Shown piece by piece: positions 30,149-38,245 of a stretch of 60,266 nucleotides of DNA. The stretch spans positions 1 through 60,266 of the forward strand of contig CAYOSQ010000011.1 in the NCBI GenBank assembly GCA_964406665.1, written 5' to 3'. The notes under the pieces were generated by a model that was given only the letters and a program-made list of their open reading frames with translations, was not told the DNA's origin and made no database searches. The DNA comes from an uncultured Planctomycetia bacterium. GTDB lineage: Bacteria; Omnitrophota; Gorgyraeia; VGKH01; JBHPFN01. Both the position numbers and the translations under genes were made by a program. Within the stretch, counting starts at the first letter, position 1, and every line of letters starts with the position of its first letter.

Positions 30149-30193
30149 AAGGGCGAAGGTGCAAGAAAGATAATGAAATGCACCTTCGCCCTT
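30149..30193 (+). terminator. perfect 15-bp GC-rich hairpin between hup and hisS (terminator-like, no clean U-tract)
   Basis: AAGGGCGAAGGTGCA (30149-63) pairs perfectly with TGCACCTTCGCCCTT (30179-93) across a 15-nt loop. It is followed by AAGATTATACTTTT and then the hisS ATG at 30211. Confidence 0.5.
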
Positions 30194-30210
30194 AAGATTA
30201 TACTTTTAAT

Positions 30211-31470
30211 ATGAAAATAATAGCACCTCGAGGTACAAAAGATATCCTTCCAGAAGATTCTTCTGTTGTAAGAAACATAGAAAAGAAGGCTCATGAACTT
30301 TTCAATTCCTATAATTATAAAGAAATTCGTACTCCAATCTTTGAACAACAAACTCTTTTCGAACGTTCTTTAGGCGCAACCACAGATATTATTCAGAAAC
30401 AATTACTTGCTTTGCAGCCAGCTGGAGAGTCTGAAAATAAGTTTGCTCTTCGTCCTGAAGCAACTGCTTCAATTGTACGTGCCTATATAGAGCATAGTTT
30501 AGATAAAAAAGAAAGCTACAGTAAGTGTTATTATATTGGTTCGATGTTCAGAGGAGAGAGGCCTCAGAAAGGGCGCCTGCGTCAGTTTAATCATATTGGA
30601 GTTGAAGTAATAGGCAATAAAAATCCATATGTTGATGTTGAGGTAATTTCTTTAGCAAGTAATCTTTTAACTAGTTTTGGAGTAAATGATTATAAGATAC
30701 GCATTAATAATTTAGGGTGCGCTAAGGATAGGTTGGCTTGGTCTAAGCTCTTGAAGAAATATCTTGAATCTAAAAAAGATAAACTTTGCGGTCTTTGTCA
30801 GCAGAGGTTTGATAGGAACGTTTTTCGAATTCTTGATTGTAAAAATAAAGATTGTATTTCTTTGGTAAAAGGTTTAAAAGTAAAAGAACAGCATATATGT
30901 AAAGAATGTACCAGTTTTTCTGATCTTGTCCTAAAAGGTTTAAAACAGTTGAATATTGCTTTTGAAGTTGATCCTTTGCTGGTCCGAGGATTGGATTATT
31001 ATACGAAAACCGTATTTGAAATTTCTCATAGCGCCTTAGGAAGTCAAGATGCTATAGGTGCTGGTGGCAGGTATGATAATCTTGTTAAAGAATTAGGCGG
31101 TCCTGATAAGGCTGCTGTTGGTTTTGCGCTTGGGTTTGAAAGAGTGATGCTTGCTTGTGCAGAAAAGAAAAGAACTGATTCTAGTCTTGATATTTTTGTT
31201 GTTTTGCTTGGAGATGCAGCATTTAAGTCAGGGTTTTCTTTAATGGATGATTTGCGGAAAGTTGGCATTTCTTGTGACCTTGATTATGATAATCCTTCTT
31301 TAAAAAGTCAGATGAGAAAAGCTAATAAACAAAAATCTAAATTTGTTGCCATAATTGGTGATGATGAAATAAAGAAAAAAGCTGTAATGTTAAAAAATAT
31401 GTCTACCGGTGATCAGGAAGAAATTAGTCTAGAAAAAATTAGTGTAGAAATAAAGGCAAGATTATGCTAA
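30211..31470 (+). CDS. hisS: histidyl-tRNA synthetase
   Basis: Class II motifs (FRGERPQKGRLRQF, GGRYD) and an anticodon-binding C-terminal domain. Confidence 0.94.
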   Translation: MKIIAPRGTKDILPEDSSVVRNIEKKAHELFNSYNYKEIRTPIFEQQTLFERSLGATTDIIQKQLLALQPAGESENKFALRPEATASIVRAYIEHSLDKKESYSKCYYIGSMFRGERPQKGRLRQFNHIGVEVIGNKNPYVDVEVISLASNLLTSFGVNDYKIRINNLGCAKDRLAWSKLLKKYLESKKDKLCGLCQQRFDRNVFRILDCKNKDCISLVKGLKVKEQHICKECTSFSDLVLKGLKQLNIAFEVDPLLVRGLDYYTKTVFEISHSALGSQDAIGAGGRYDNLVKELGGPDKAAVGFALGFERVMLACAEKKRTDSSLDIFVVLLGDAAFKSGFSLMDDLRKVGISCDLDYDNPSLKSQMRKANKQKSKFVAIIGDDEIKKKAVMLKNMSTGDQEEISLEKISVEIKARLC

Positions 31471-32858
31471 GAACTCATACGTGTGGAGAACTTAACGAAA
31501 GCAACATTGGAAAAGAAGCCGTGTTGTGTGGTTGGGTACACCGCAGAAGGGATCATGGAAAGTTAATATTTATTGACCTAAGAGATCGATATGGTATGAC
31601 TCAGGTTACTTTTTATTTAAAGGGCTCTGAGAAGCTTCTACAGGCCGACCAGTTGCGCTCGGAGTTTGTTGTTTCGGTAAAGGGAAAGATTGCCAAAAGA
31701 CCAAAGGGAACAGAAAATCCAAAGATGCCTACTGGTTTTATTGAAATCCAAGTTGAAGATTTTCAGATTATAAATCCTTCAGAGGTTCCCCCGTTTGAAA
31801 TCGGAGAAGAGCAAGATGTATCAGAAGAAATTAAACTCGCTTATCGCTACCTTGATTTAAGAAATCCTTTAGTACTGGACAAATTTATCTTGCGTCATAA
31901 GATTTGTAAATTTATGAGAGATGTTCTTGATTCAGAAAAGTTTCTTGAGGTGGAAACACCAGTTCTTACTAAGTCAACTCCTGAGGGAGCACGCGATTAT
32001 CTTGTGCCTTCAAGGGTAAGCCCAGGTTATTTTTATGCACTTCCGCAATCACCTCAACTGTTCAAGCAGATTCTAATGGTTTCCGGCTTTGATAAGTATT
32101 TTCAAATTGCGAAATGTTTTCGTGATGAAGATTTGCGTGCCGACAGACAGCCGGAGTTTACTCAGTTAGATATCGAGATGTCTTTTGTTGAAGAAGATGA
32201 TATTTTTACTTTAGTTGAAAAATTATTAAAAAAGATATTTAAGGAACTTTTGGATCAAGATCTTTCTGTTCCATTTGAGAGAATTACTTATAAAGAGGCA
32301 ATCGAGAAATACAAAAGTGATAAGCCTGATTTAAGGAAGACCGAGAAGAACAAATTTGTTTGGGTTGTTGATTTCCCTCTCTTTACTTATAACGATGAAG
32401 AGAAACGCTGGGATAGTGAGCACCATCCATTTACTGCTCCTAAAGAAGATGATTTGAAACTTATCGATTCTGATGATTTATCCAAAGTCAGGGCGCGGTC
32501 TTATGATTTGGTATTAAATGGGGTAGAGATTGGCAGTGGTTCTATCAGAATACACAATAAAGATGTTCAGTCTAAGATTTTTAAAATAATCGGCCTAGGC
32601 GAGGATGAGATTAAAAAACGCTTTGGTTTCTTATTAAAGGCTTTTCAGTATGGCGCTCCACCTCACGGAGGTATTGCATTGGGTTTAGATAGGTTGATTG
32701 CGATAGTTACAGGTTCACAAAGCATTCGCGATGTCATTGCTTTTCCTAAAACACAGAGGGCAGTTTGTCCTTTGACAGATGCTCCTTCAGAGGTTAGGGG
32801 TAATCAGTTAAAAGATTTAGGGATTGATGTTAAAAAAAAGGAGGGTGGTAATGTTTAA
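31464..32858 (+). CDS. aspS: aspartyl-tRNA synthetase, bacterial type but lacking the GAD insertion domain
   Basis: The OB-fold N-terminus and catalytic core are near-identical in motifs to bacterial AspRS (PEGARDYLVPSR, QSPQLFKQ, FRDEDLRADRQPEFTQLD). SDKPDLRKTEKNKFVWVVDFPLF joins directly where E. coli AspRS carries about 130 aa. Confidence 0.9.
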   Translation: MLRTHTCGELNESNIGKEAVLCGWVHRRRDHGKLIFIDLRDRYGMTQVTFYLKGSEKLLQADQLRSEFVVSVKGKIAKRPKGTENPKMPTGFIEIQVEDFQIINPSEVPPFEIGEEQDVSEEIKLAYRYLDLRNPLVLDKFILRHKICKFMRDVLDSEKFLEVETPVLTKSTPEGARDYLVPSRVSPGYFYALPQSPQLFKQILMVSGFDKYFQIAKCFRDEDLRADRQPEFTQLDIEMSFVEEDDIFTLVEKLLKKIFKELLDQDLSVPFERITYKEAIEKYKSDKPDLRKTEKNKFVWVVDFPLFTYNDEEKRWDSEHHPFTAPKEDDLKLIDSDDLSKVRARSYDLVLNGVEIGSGSIRIHNKDVQSKIFKIIGLGEDEIKKRFGFLLKAFQYGAPPHGGIALGLDRLIAIVTGSQSIRDVIAFPKTQRAVCPLTDAPSEVRGNQLKDLGIDVKKKEGGNV

Positions 32859-33405
32859 ACGAATTTTTCATTGTCTGCTTATTTTATGTTTGGCCTTTGT
32901 TTTTTCAGGATGTCTTATTCGTACCTATTCTGTAAGAAAGGATAGAGTTGACCAGGAAGTTTCCGGCAATAGAGGATATCTTCAAGGAGCATCTCCGGCT
33001 GATGAAGAAGTTCAACCTCAAAAAAAGAGAAAGACTTTCGTAATTGAGTTTGAGATGTCTTCTCCGTTTAGAGAGAAAGAGGAAAAGAAAGGAATGGAGA
33101 CCGACGAAATTATCGAAGAAAGCGGTAATCTTGGTTATGTAACAGGTGGGCCACAGGAAGATTATTCTGAGGCAGTTTATCCATATGAACGGGAAGAAGT
33201 TAATTTAGAGGTAGAAGATAATTTAGTCGCTGAACTTGGTTTTGTAGAATACGAAGTTCAGGAGGGCGACACTCTACAAAAGATATCAAAGAAATTTTAC
33301 GGAACTTATAGAAAATGGAAGAAGATTTATGATGCCAACGAAGGCGCTATTAAAGATCCTAACAGGATTAAACCTGGTATGATTATTTTAGTTCCTGAGG
33401 AATAG
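32851..33405 (+). CDS. LysM-domain lipoprotein
   Basis: AGGAGGG RBS precedes ATG 32851. MFKRIFHCLLILCLAFVFSGC carries a lipobox. C-terminal LysM domain (YEVQEGDTLQKISKKFYG...IKPGMIILVP). Confidence 0.8.
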   Translation: MFKRIFHCLLILCLAFVFSGCLIRTYSVRKDRVDQEVSGNRGYLQGASPADEEVQPQKKRKTFVIEFEMSSPFREKEEKKGMETDEIIEESGNLGYVTGGPQEDYSEAVYPYEREEVNLEVEDNLVAELGFVEYEVQEGDTLQKISKKFYGTYRKWKKIYDANEGAIKDPNRIKPGMIILVPEE

Positions 33406-33410
33406 GATAA

Positions 33411-34361
33411 ATGGAGAAGTTATTACGCGTTAAAAATAATGAAGAGCTTCAGGTTCTCATTGGAAATTTTGATGAGAATATAAAATTAGTTGAGGCTGAA
33501 TTAGACGTTAAGATATTTCCTAAACATGGAGGCCTTAAGATTTCCGGTACTCAAGAACAGGTTGATAAAGCGCTGTGCGTTTTAGAGTCCCTTCAAGAAA
33601 AAAGAAGAAGGACGCGTTTAATCGACAGGCAAGATGTTACTACAATTATTAGAGCAACTAAATTAGGCAAATCTGTTGATATAAATTCATTACTGGACGG
33701 CTCTATTGATGTTCCGCTGAAAGATATCACCATAGTTCCTAAGACCAAGGGTCAAAATGAATATATAGAAGCGATTAAGCATTATGATATCGTATTTTGT
33801 ATTGGTCCCGCTGGTACTGGAAAAACATATTTAGCAATGGCTATGGCGGTAGCTGCTTTGAAAAAAGGAATCGTTAAAAGAATTGTTTTGACTCGGCCAG
33901 CAATAGAAGCCGGAGAAAGCCTTGGTTTCTTGCCGGGAAATCTAACTGATAAGATCTCTCCTTATTTAATACCGCTTTACGATGCTTTATATGACATGAT
34001 GGAGGTTGAGCGGATTGAGAAATATCGGGAGACGGGAATTATTGAGGCTGCACCAATTGCTTACATGCGAGGAAGAACCCTTAATGATGCATTTGTGGTA
34101 TTGGATGAAGCTCAGAATTGTACGTCAGATCAAATGAAGATGTTCTTAACTCGTCTGGGATTTGATTCTAAAACTGTAATAACCGGAGATATCACCCAGA
34201 GTGATCTTACCGGAGGAAAGCCTGATGGGTTGCTTCAGGCTGAGAAGTTGTTTAAAGACATTCAGGGAATAAAGTTTTCTTATTTGACAGGTGCAGACGT
34301 AGTGCGCCATCATTTAGTGCAAGAAATTATAAAGGCTTACGATGCTGCAGAACATAAATAA
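33411..34361 (+). CDS. ybeZ: PhoH-like ATPase
   Basis: GPAGTGKTYLAMA Walker A and VLDEAQN. Confidence 0.92.
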   Translation: MEKLLRVKNNEELQVLIGNFDENIKLVEAELDVKIFPKHGGLKISGTQEQVDKALCVLESLQEKRRRTRLIDRQDVTTIIRATKLGKSVDINSLLDGSIDVPLKDITIVPKTKGQNEYIEAIKHYDIVFCIGPAGTGKTYLAMAMAVAALKKGIVKRIVLTRPAIEAGESLGFLPGNLTDKISPYLIPLYDALYDMMEVERIEKYRETGIIEAAPIAYMRGRTLNDAFVVLDEAQNCTSDQMKMFLTRLGFDSKTVITGDITQSDLTGGKPDGLLQAEKLFKDIQGIKFSYLTGADVVRHHLVQEIIKAYDAAEHK

Positions 34362-35853
34362 TAATTCTTTGTTATCTCAACCAGTTATTCTTATCTTAAT
34401 TGTGCTAGCACTGTTTATTATTGCCTATTTGATAGATATCTCTTTAGCTATTCCAGTTCTACTCATAGTAATTTTAGGCTACTTAAGAATGTCGTATAAA
34501 AAGCTCGCAGGAAAGATTTTACAGTTAGCGCTTTTAGCTGTTTCTATTATTGTTGCTGGAAAAATCATTATTAATTTTTTTGATATATCTGCTTATTATA
34601 TACCTGTTGTTGCTTTAGCCATGTTGACTGTAATACTTTTTGAGAGCCTGGAATTGGCTTTGGCCATGACTGTTTTCTCAAGTCTTACAATAGGAATTAT
34701 GGCCGGTAATGATTTTGTGCTTACTTTCATTTTAATGATCGGCGGGATAGTCGCATCATTTTTTGCCCATGGTTCTCGCAGGAGAGCCCAAATTTATAAA
34801 GCAGCTATGTTTGCAAGCATAATTCAGCTGTTTTGTATTGTACTTTTTTCATATCATTTTGACACCCCTATCTACGAGATCATCAAAGTAGATGTTGAGC
34901 CGATAATCAGAAGCGGAATATTCTTCTCTTCAGATACTCTTTCAGGTTTACACATTATGCTTAGCGGAATAATATCATCATTTTTGGCTCTTTCTAGCTT
35001 GATAATTTTCGAAAATCCTTTCAAGGTTGCAACAAGCTTTACTTTATTGGAAATGTCTGATTTCAATCATCCCCTGTTGAGAAAAATGATTCTAGAAGCT
35101 CCGGGTACTTATCAACATAGTTTGATAGTAGGAAATCTTGCGGAAGCTGCTGCTGAAACTATTGGCGCTAACTCACTTCTTGCAAGGGTGGGCTCCTATT
35201 ATCACGATATAGGTAAGATTGACAAGGCAGAGTATTTTAGTGAAAATCAGCTTCATTCAGGAAGTAAGCATGATAAACTACAACCTTCCATGAGCAGTTT
35301 GTTGATTATTAATCATGTAAAAGAAGGAGTTGAATTAGCAAAAAAACATAGACTGAAACCTTCGATTATAGATTTTATCTCCCAGCATCATGGGACAAGC
35401 TTAGTATTTTATTTTTACCGGAGGGCTTTAGAAAGTAAAGCTGAAGAAAATGAAAAACATTCAGTGGAAGAGGAAAGATTTCGCTATCCTGGGCCTAAGC
35501 CACAGAAGAAAGAAACAGCCATTGTTCTTTTAGCTGATTCTGTCGAAGCTGCCTGCAGGACGCTTGCGGAGCCAATTCCTGGCAAGATAGAAGAGCTGGT
35601 GAGAAAGATCATAAATAATAAGTTTATCGACGGACAGCTTGATGAGTGTGAGCTAACATTAAAAGAGATTGAGAAAATTTCTACAACATTTATTAAAATC
35701 TTAAGTGCGATTTATCATAGCAGGGTTGCCTATCCTGCAGATTCTGATGAGATAAAAGATGAGAATAAGCGTAATAAATCTTCAAAAGAAAATTCCTATA
35801 AAGGAAAGCAGAATAAGAAGAATAGTCAAACAGATTCTGCTCCTTCAAAATAG
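34342..35853 (+). CDS. 7TM-receptor HD/HDIG phosphohydrolase (YqfF family)
   Basis: Multi-TM N-terminal half followed by an HD domain (HSLIVGNL...YYHDIGK). The low-complexity Lys/Asn tail overlaps ybeY. Confidence 0.85.
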   Translation: MLQNINNNSLLSQPVILILIVLALFIIAYLIDISLAIPVLLIVILGYLRMSYKKLAGKILQLALLAVSIIVAGKIIINFFDISAYYIPVVALAMLTVILFESLELALAMTVFSSLTIGIMAGNDFVLTFILMIGGIVASFFAHGSRRRAQIYKAAMFASIIQLFCIVLFSYHFDTPIYEIIKVDVEPIIRSGIFFSSDTLSGLHIMLSGIISSFLALSSLIIFENPFKVATSFTLLEMSDFNHPLLRKMILEAPGTYQHSLIVGNLAEAAAETIGANSLLARVGSYYHDIGKIDKAEYFSENQLHSGSKHDKLQPSMSSLLIINHVKEGVELAKKHRLKPSIIDFISQHHGTSLVFYFYRRALESKAEENEKHSVEEERFRYPGPKPQKKETAIVLLADSVEAACRTLAEPIPGKIEELVRKIINNKFIDGQLDECELTLKEIEKISTTFIKILSAIYHSRVAYPADSDEIKDENKRNKSSKENSYKGKQNKKNSQTDSAPSK

Positions 35854-36187
35854 ATCCGAAGCAGAACTTTCCCTTGTTTTTGTTAATGACTCCGCTATAA
35901 AAAAATTAAACAAAACATACCTTAAGAAAAATCACACTACAGATGTTTTGTCATTTGATTTTAAGGAAAAAAACCAGTCAAAACGATTGTTGAATGCTGA
36001 AATAATAATTTCATTGGAAACGGCTTTAAGAAATTCAAATGTTTTTGATGTTTTATTATGGGATGAAATTGTATTGTATCTTATTCACGGAATATTGCAT
36101 CTTTGTGGTTATGATGATAGAGCTGTAAAAGATAAACAGCGCATGGATAAAAGACAGAAATACATTTTAAGTAAAATAAAGAAATGA
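35759..36187 (+). CDS. ybeY: rRNA maturation endoribonuclease YbeY
   Basis: HGILHLCGYDD zinc motif; the N-terminus is canonical from ATG 35759. Confidence 0.92.
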   Translation: MRISVINLQKKIPIKESRIRRIVKQILLLQNRSEAELSLVFVNDSAIKKLNKTYLKKNHTTDVLSFDFKEKNQSKRLLNAEIIISLETALRNSNVFDVLLWDEIVLYLIHGILHLCGYDDRAVKDKQRMDKRQKYILSKIKK

Positions 36188-36924
36188 TAAGAAAAGCAAC
36201 CGGAATATTGATAAAGAGGGTTAATTTCAGAGAAACCAGTTTGTTAGTTACTTTTTTTACAAAAGAGTTTGGTAAGATTAAGGGAATAATAAAAGGAGTG
36301 AGGAAGGATCCTAAAAAGATTTCCAGCAATCTTAGCTTATGTTCGTTAAACGAAGTTGTTTTCTATGAAAAAAGAAATAGTGAGCTTAATCTTATTAGTC
36401 AGTGTGATTTGATGAAAGATTTTAGTTTTTTAAGAACCGATATGCAAAAAGTTTCATTGGCTAGCTATATTTTAGAGCTTGTTGATACGGTGATGCCTTT
36501 GCATGATCCAAATATAGAAATTTTCAATTTGATAATAAGTAGTTTAAAAAGTATGAAAACTGGTGATCTTGAGAAAGTTTTGTACTGTTTTCAAGTAAAA
36601 GTATTATCACTTTCTGGATTTAAACCTCATTTAGATGCATGTATAACCTGCAAAAATAAAATTCATGGAGAGGCACATTTTAGCATCTATCTTGGTGGTC
36701 TGATATGCTCTGATTGTAAAAGCAAGGATATGAACGCAAGTCCAGTCTTGAAAGGGACAATAAACTCTTTAATTCATTTAGAAACTTTTTCTTGGGTGAA
36801 AGCTTTAAATCTAGGTATAAGTAAACAAATGCGCCTTGAACTTCGAAGTGTATTATATAATTTTCTTTCTTTTCATCTTGATAAGAGAATGAAATCTTTC
36901 CGTTTCCTCTGTAACACCGTATAA
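36184..36924 (+). CDS. recO: DNA repair protein RecO
   Basis: OB-fold N-terminus and a C.C...C.DC zinc motif. Confidence 0.88.
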   Translation: MIRKATGILIKRVNFRETSLLVTFFTKEFGKIKGIIKGVRKDPKKISSNLSLCSLNEVVFYEKRNSELNLISQCDLMKDFSFLRTDMQKVSLASYILELVDTVMPLHDPNIEIFNLIISSLKSMKTGDLEKVLYCFQVKVLSLSGFKPHLDACITCKNKIHGEAHFSIYLGGLICSDCKSKDMNASPVLKGTINSLIHLETFSWVKALNLGISKQMRLELRSVLYNFLSFHLDKRMKSFRFLCNTV

Positions 36925-37034
36925 GAGAACCTAAAAATCCCTAAAATTACACTAAAAAAGCGTTATTTTTGAAATAAATAATTAATTTAACCTGTTGCTA
37001 ATAAGCAAGTTATGAACATTTTTTCTTGCCTGAC

Positions 37035-37062
37035 TTGACATTTTGCATTTTTGTATTATACT
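37035..37062 (+). promoter_or_regulatory. sigma-70-type promoter driving the riboswitch leader
   Basis: TTGACA (37035-40), 16-nt spacer, TATACT (37057-62). Confidence 0.7.
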
Positions 37063-37078
37063 TTTATAGACAATTTGA

Positions 37079-37177
37079 TTCTCGTTTGATAAAGGCAAAC
37101 CATTCGAAAGAATGGGGCGCAAAGCTTAAGAGCCTTAATTCTTAAAAAGAAAAAGGCAGTCAGCTACCGGGTGAGAA
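37079..37177 (+). promoter_or_regulatory. c-di-GMP-I (GEMM-I) riboswitch aptamer
   Basis: The core GGCAAACCATTCGAAAGAATGGGGCGCAAAGC (37094-37125) is almost identical to the Vc2 aptamer core. Other elements are a CCATTC-GAAA-GAATGG tetraloop helix, a second helix AGCT/GCCTT...AAGGC/AGCT with a CUUAAG receptor-like bulge, and a closing P1 TTCTC (37079-83) / GAGAA (37173-77). Confidence 0.8.
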
Positions 37178-37186
37178 TTTTTTTAT

Positions 37187-37225
37187 TACACCCATTCTTC
37201 AAATGAGATTGGGTGTATTTTTTTT
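37187..37225 (+). terminator. intrinsic terminator (riboswitch expression platform)
   Basis: TACACCCA (37187-94) pairs with TGGGTGTA (37210-17). T8 (37218-25) follows, then GGAG and ATG 37236. Confidence 0.8.
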
Positions 37226-37235
37226 GGAGATTACA

Positions 37236-37967
37236 ATGAACAAAATATTGAAAACATTATCTGTTTTTGCAATGCTGGCAATAGTGTTTTTATTTTCCAG
37301 CGAAGCATTTGCTGAAGTTAAAATTGCTGTTATTGATTCAGGGTCAACAGAACAGCATTTTAAATCTATAAGTTTTTCTTCAATTCCAGCAAGCGAAGAT
37401 CCCATCAGCCACGGGACAAAGATCGCCGGGATTATAAGGGATTATAATCCCGGCGCAAAGCTCTTCGTGTTGCAGGTATGCGAAGAAGAAAATGGCCATT
37501 ACAATCCTTCGAAGAAAAGCGTTCTTAATGCAATAAGATGGTGCATGGAAAACGACATTGACATAGTCAATCTTTCGCTGGTAATTGAATACAATAAGGA
37601 AATAGAAAAGGCAATAAAGCAAGCATATCTTGAAAAAGGCATTATCTTTGTTGCAGCTGCTGGAAATAAGACAGCTTTTAGCCAATTCGCAGTTAATTCT
37701 GATGGATATGTATGTTTCAACAAGAAAGATAGTGGTCCTAAGTTTCCTGCATCTGGTGATTATGTAATTTCAGTTGGAGCAAAGGATATTAGAGGAAGAG
37801 TTACGGGTTACTCAACCAAAGATGTGGACGTTTTCTCTAATGGAGATTATGCTAAACTTGAAGGAACTTCATTCGCATGTGCCAGAGTTACAGGTAAAGT
37901 ATCTAAATTATTAGCATTCAAGGAAGATATTTCCATCAAAGATTTAAAGCTCGCCTTAAAGAAATAG
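37236..37967 (+). CDS. secreted minimal subtilisin-family (S8) serine protease, no propeptide
   Basis: Signal peptide MNKILKTLSVFAMLAIVFLFSSEAFA. Catalytic Asp (AVIDSG), His (HGTKIAG), oxyanion Asn (AAAGN) and Ser (GTSFACA). The start is placed after the terminator at the GGAG-proximal ATG. Confidence 0.8.
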   Translation: MNKILKTLSVFAMLAIVFLFSSEAFAEVKIAVIDSGSTEQHFKSISFSSIPASEDPISHGTKIAGIIRDYNPGAKLFVLQVCEEENGHYNPSKKSVLNAIRWCMENDIDIVNLSLVIEYNKEIEKAIKQAYLEKGIIFVAAAGNKTAFSQFAVNSDGYVCFNKKDSGPKFPASGDYVISVGAKDIRGRVTGYSTKDVDVFSNGDYAKLEGTSFACARVTGKVSKLLAFKEDISIKDLKLALKK

Positions 37968-38125
37968 ACTAACCATTTAACAAAACCAATCACAACCAGC
38001 ACTTTTTTCCACTTTTTTTATTTTTTTGTGCTAAATTTTGTTTTGATATTTAAAAAACTGCATTTATCTATGTTAAGTCTTTATTTTATAGTTAGTTACA
38101 TATAAATATAAAAGAAAGCGCTTCC

Positions 38126-38154
38126 TTGACACTTAAATTTCCACGTGCTACACT
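38126..38154 (+). promoter_or_regulatory. sigma-70-type promoter of the FecR-domain gene
   Basis: TTGACA (38126-31), 17-nt spacer, TGcTACACT extended -10 (TACACT 38149-54). Confidence 0.65.
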
Positions 38155-38245
38155 TTAATAACACGCCACGGTAAATTGCATTAGAAAATCAAAAACATTT
38201 TTTTAAAAAAGCTACAATAACTTCCAAATAAAAGGAGCAAAAATT

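Noticed and set aside
30100-30351. 83-aa minus-strand ORF spanning the hup-hisS gap.
   Set aside because: It runs through the 15-bp hairpin and the hisS 5' end. The sequence is hydrophobic junk-like, and the + strand features explain the region.
37203-37235. ATG 37203 as the start of the protease ORF (MRLGVFFLEIT...).
   Set aside because: It lies inside the terminator hairpin and T8 tract of the riboswitch platform. ATG 37236 has a GGAG 7 nt upstream and gives a canonical signal peptide.
37968-38245. The 278-nt AT-rich gap upstream of the FecR gene as a possible second riboswitch or sRNA.
   Set aside because: Only a promoter (38126-38154) and a weak T-rich stem (AGCAC/GTGCT) were seen. I could not recognise a conserved RNA motif.
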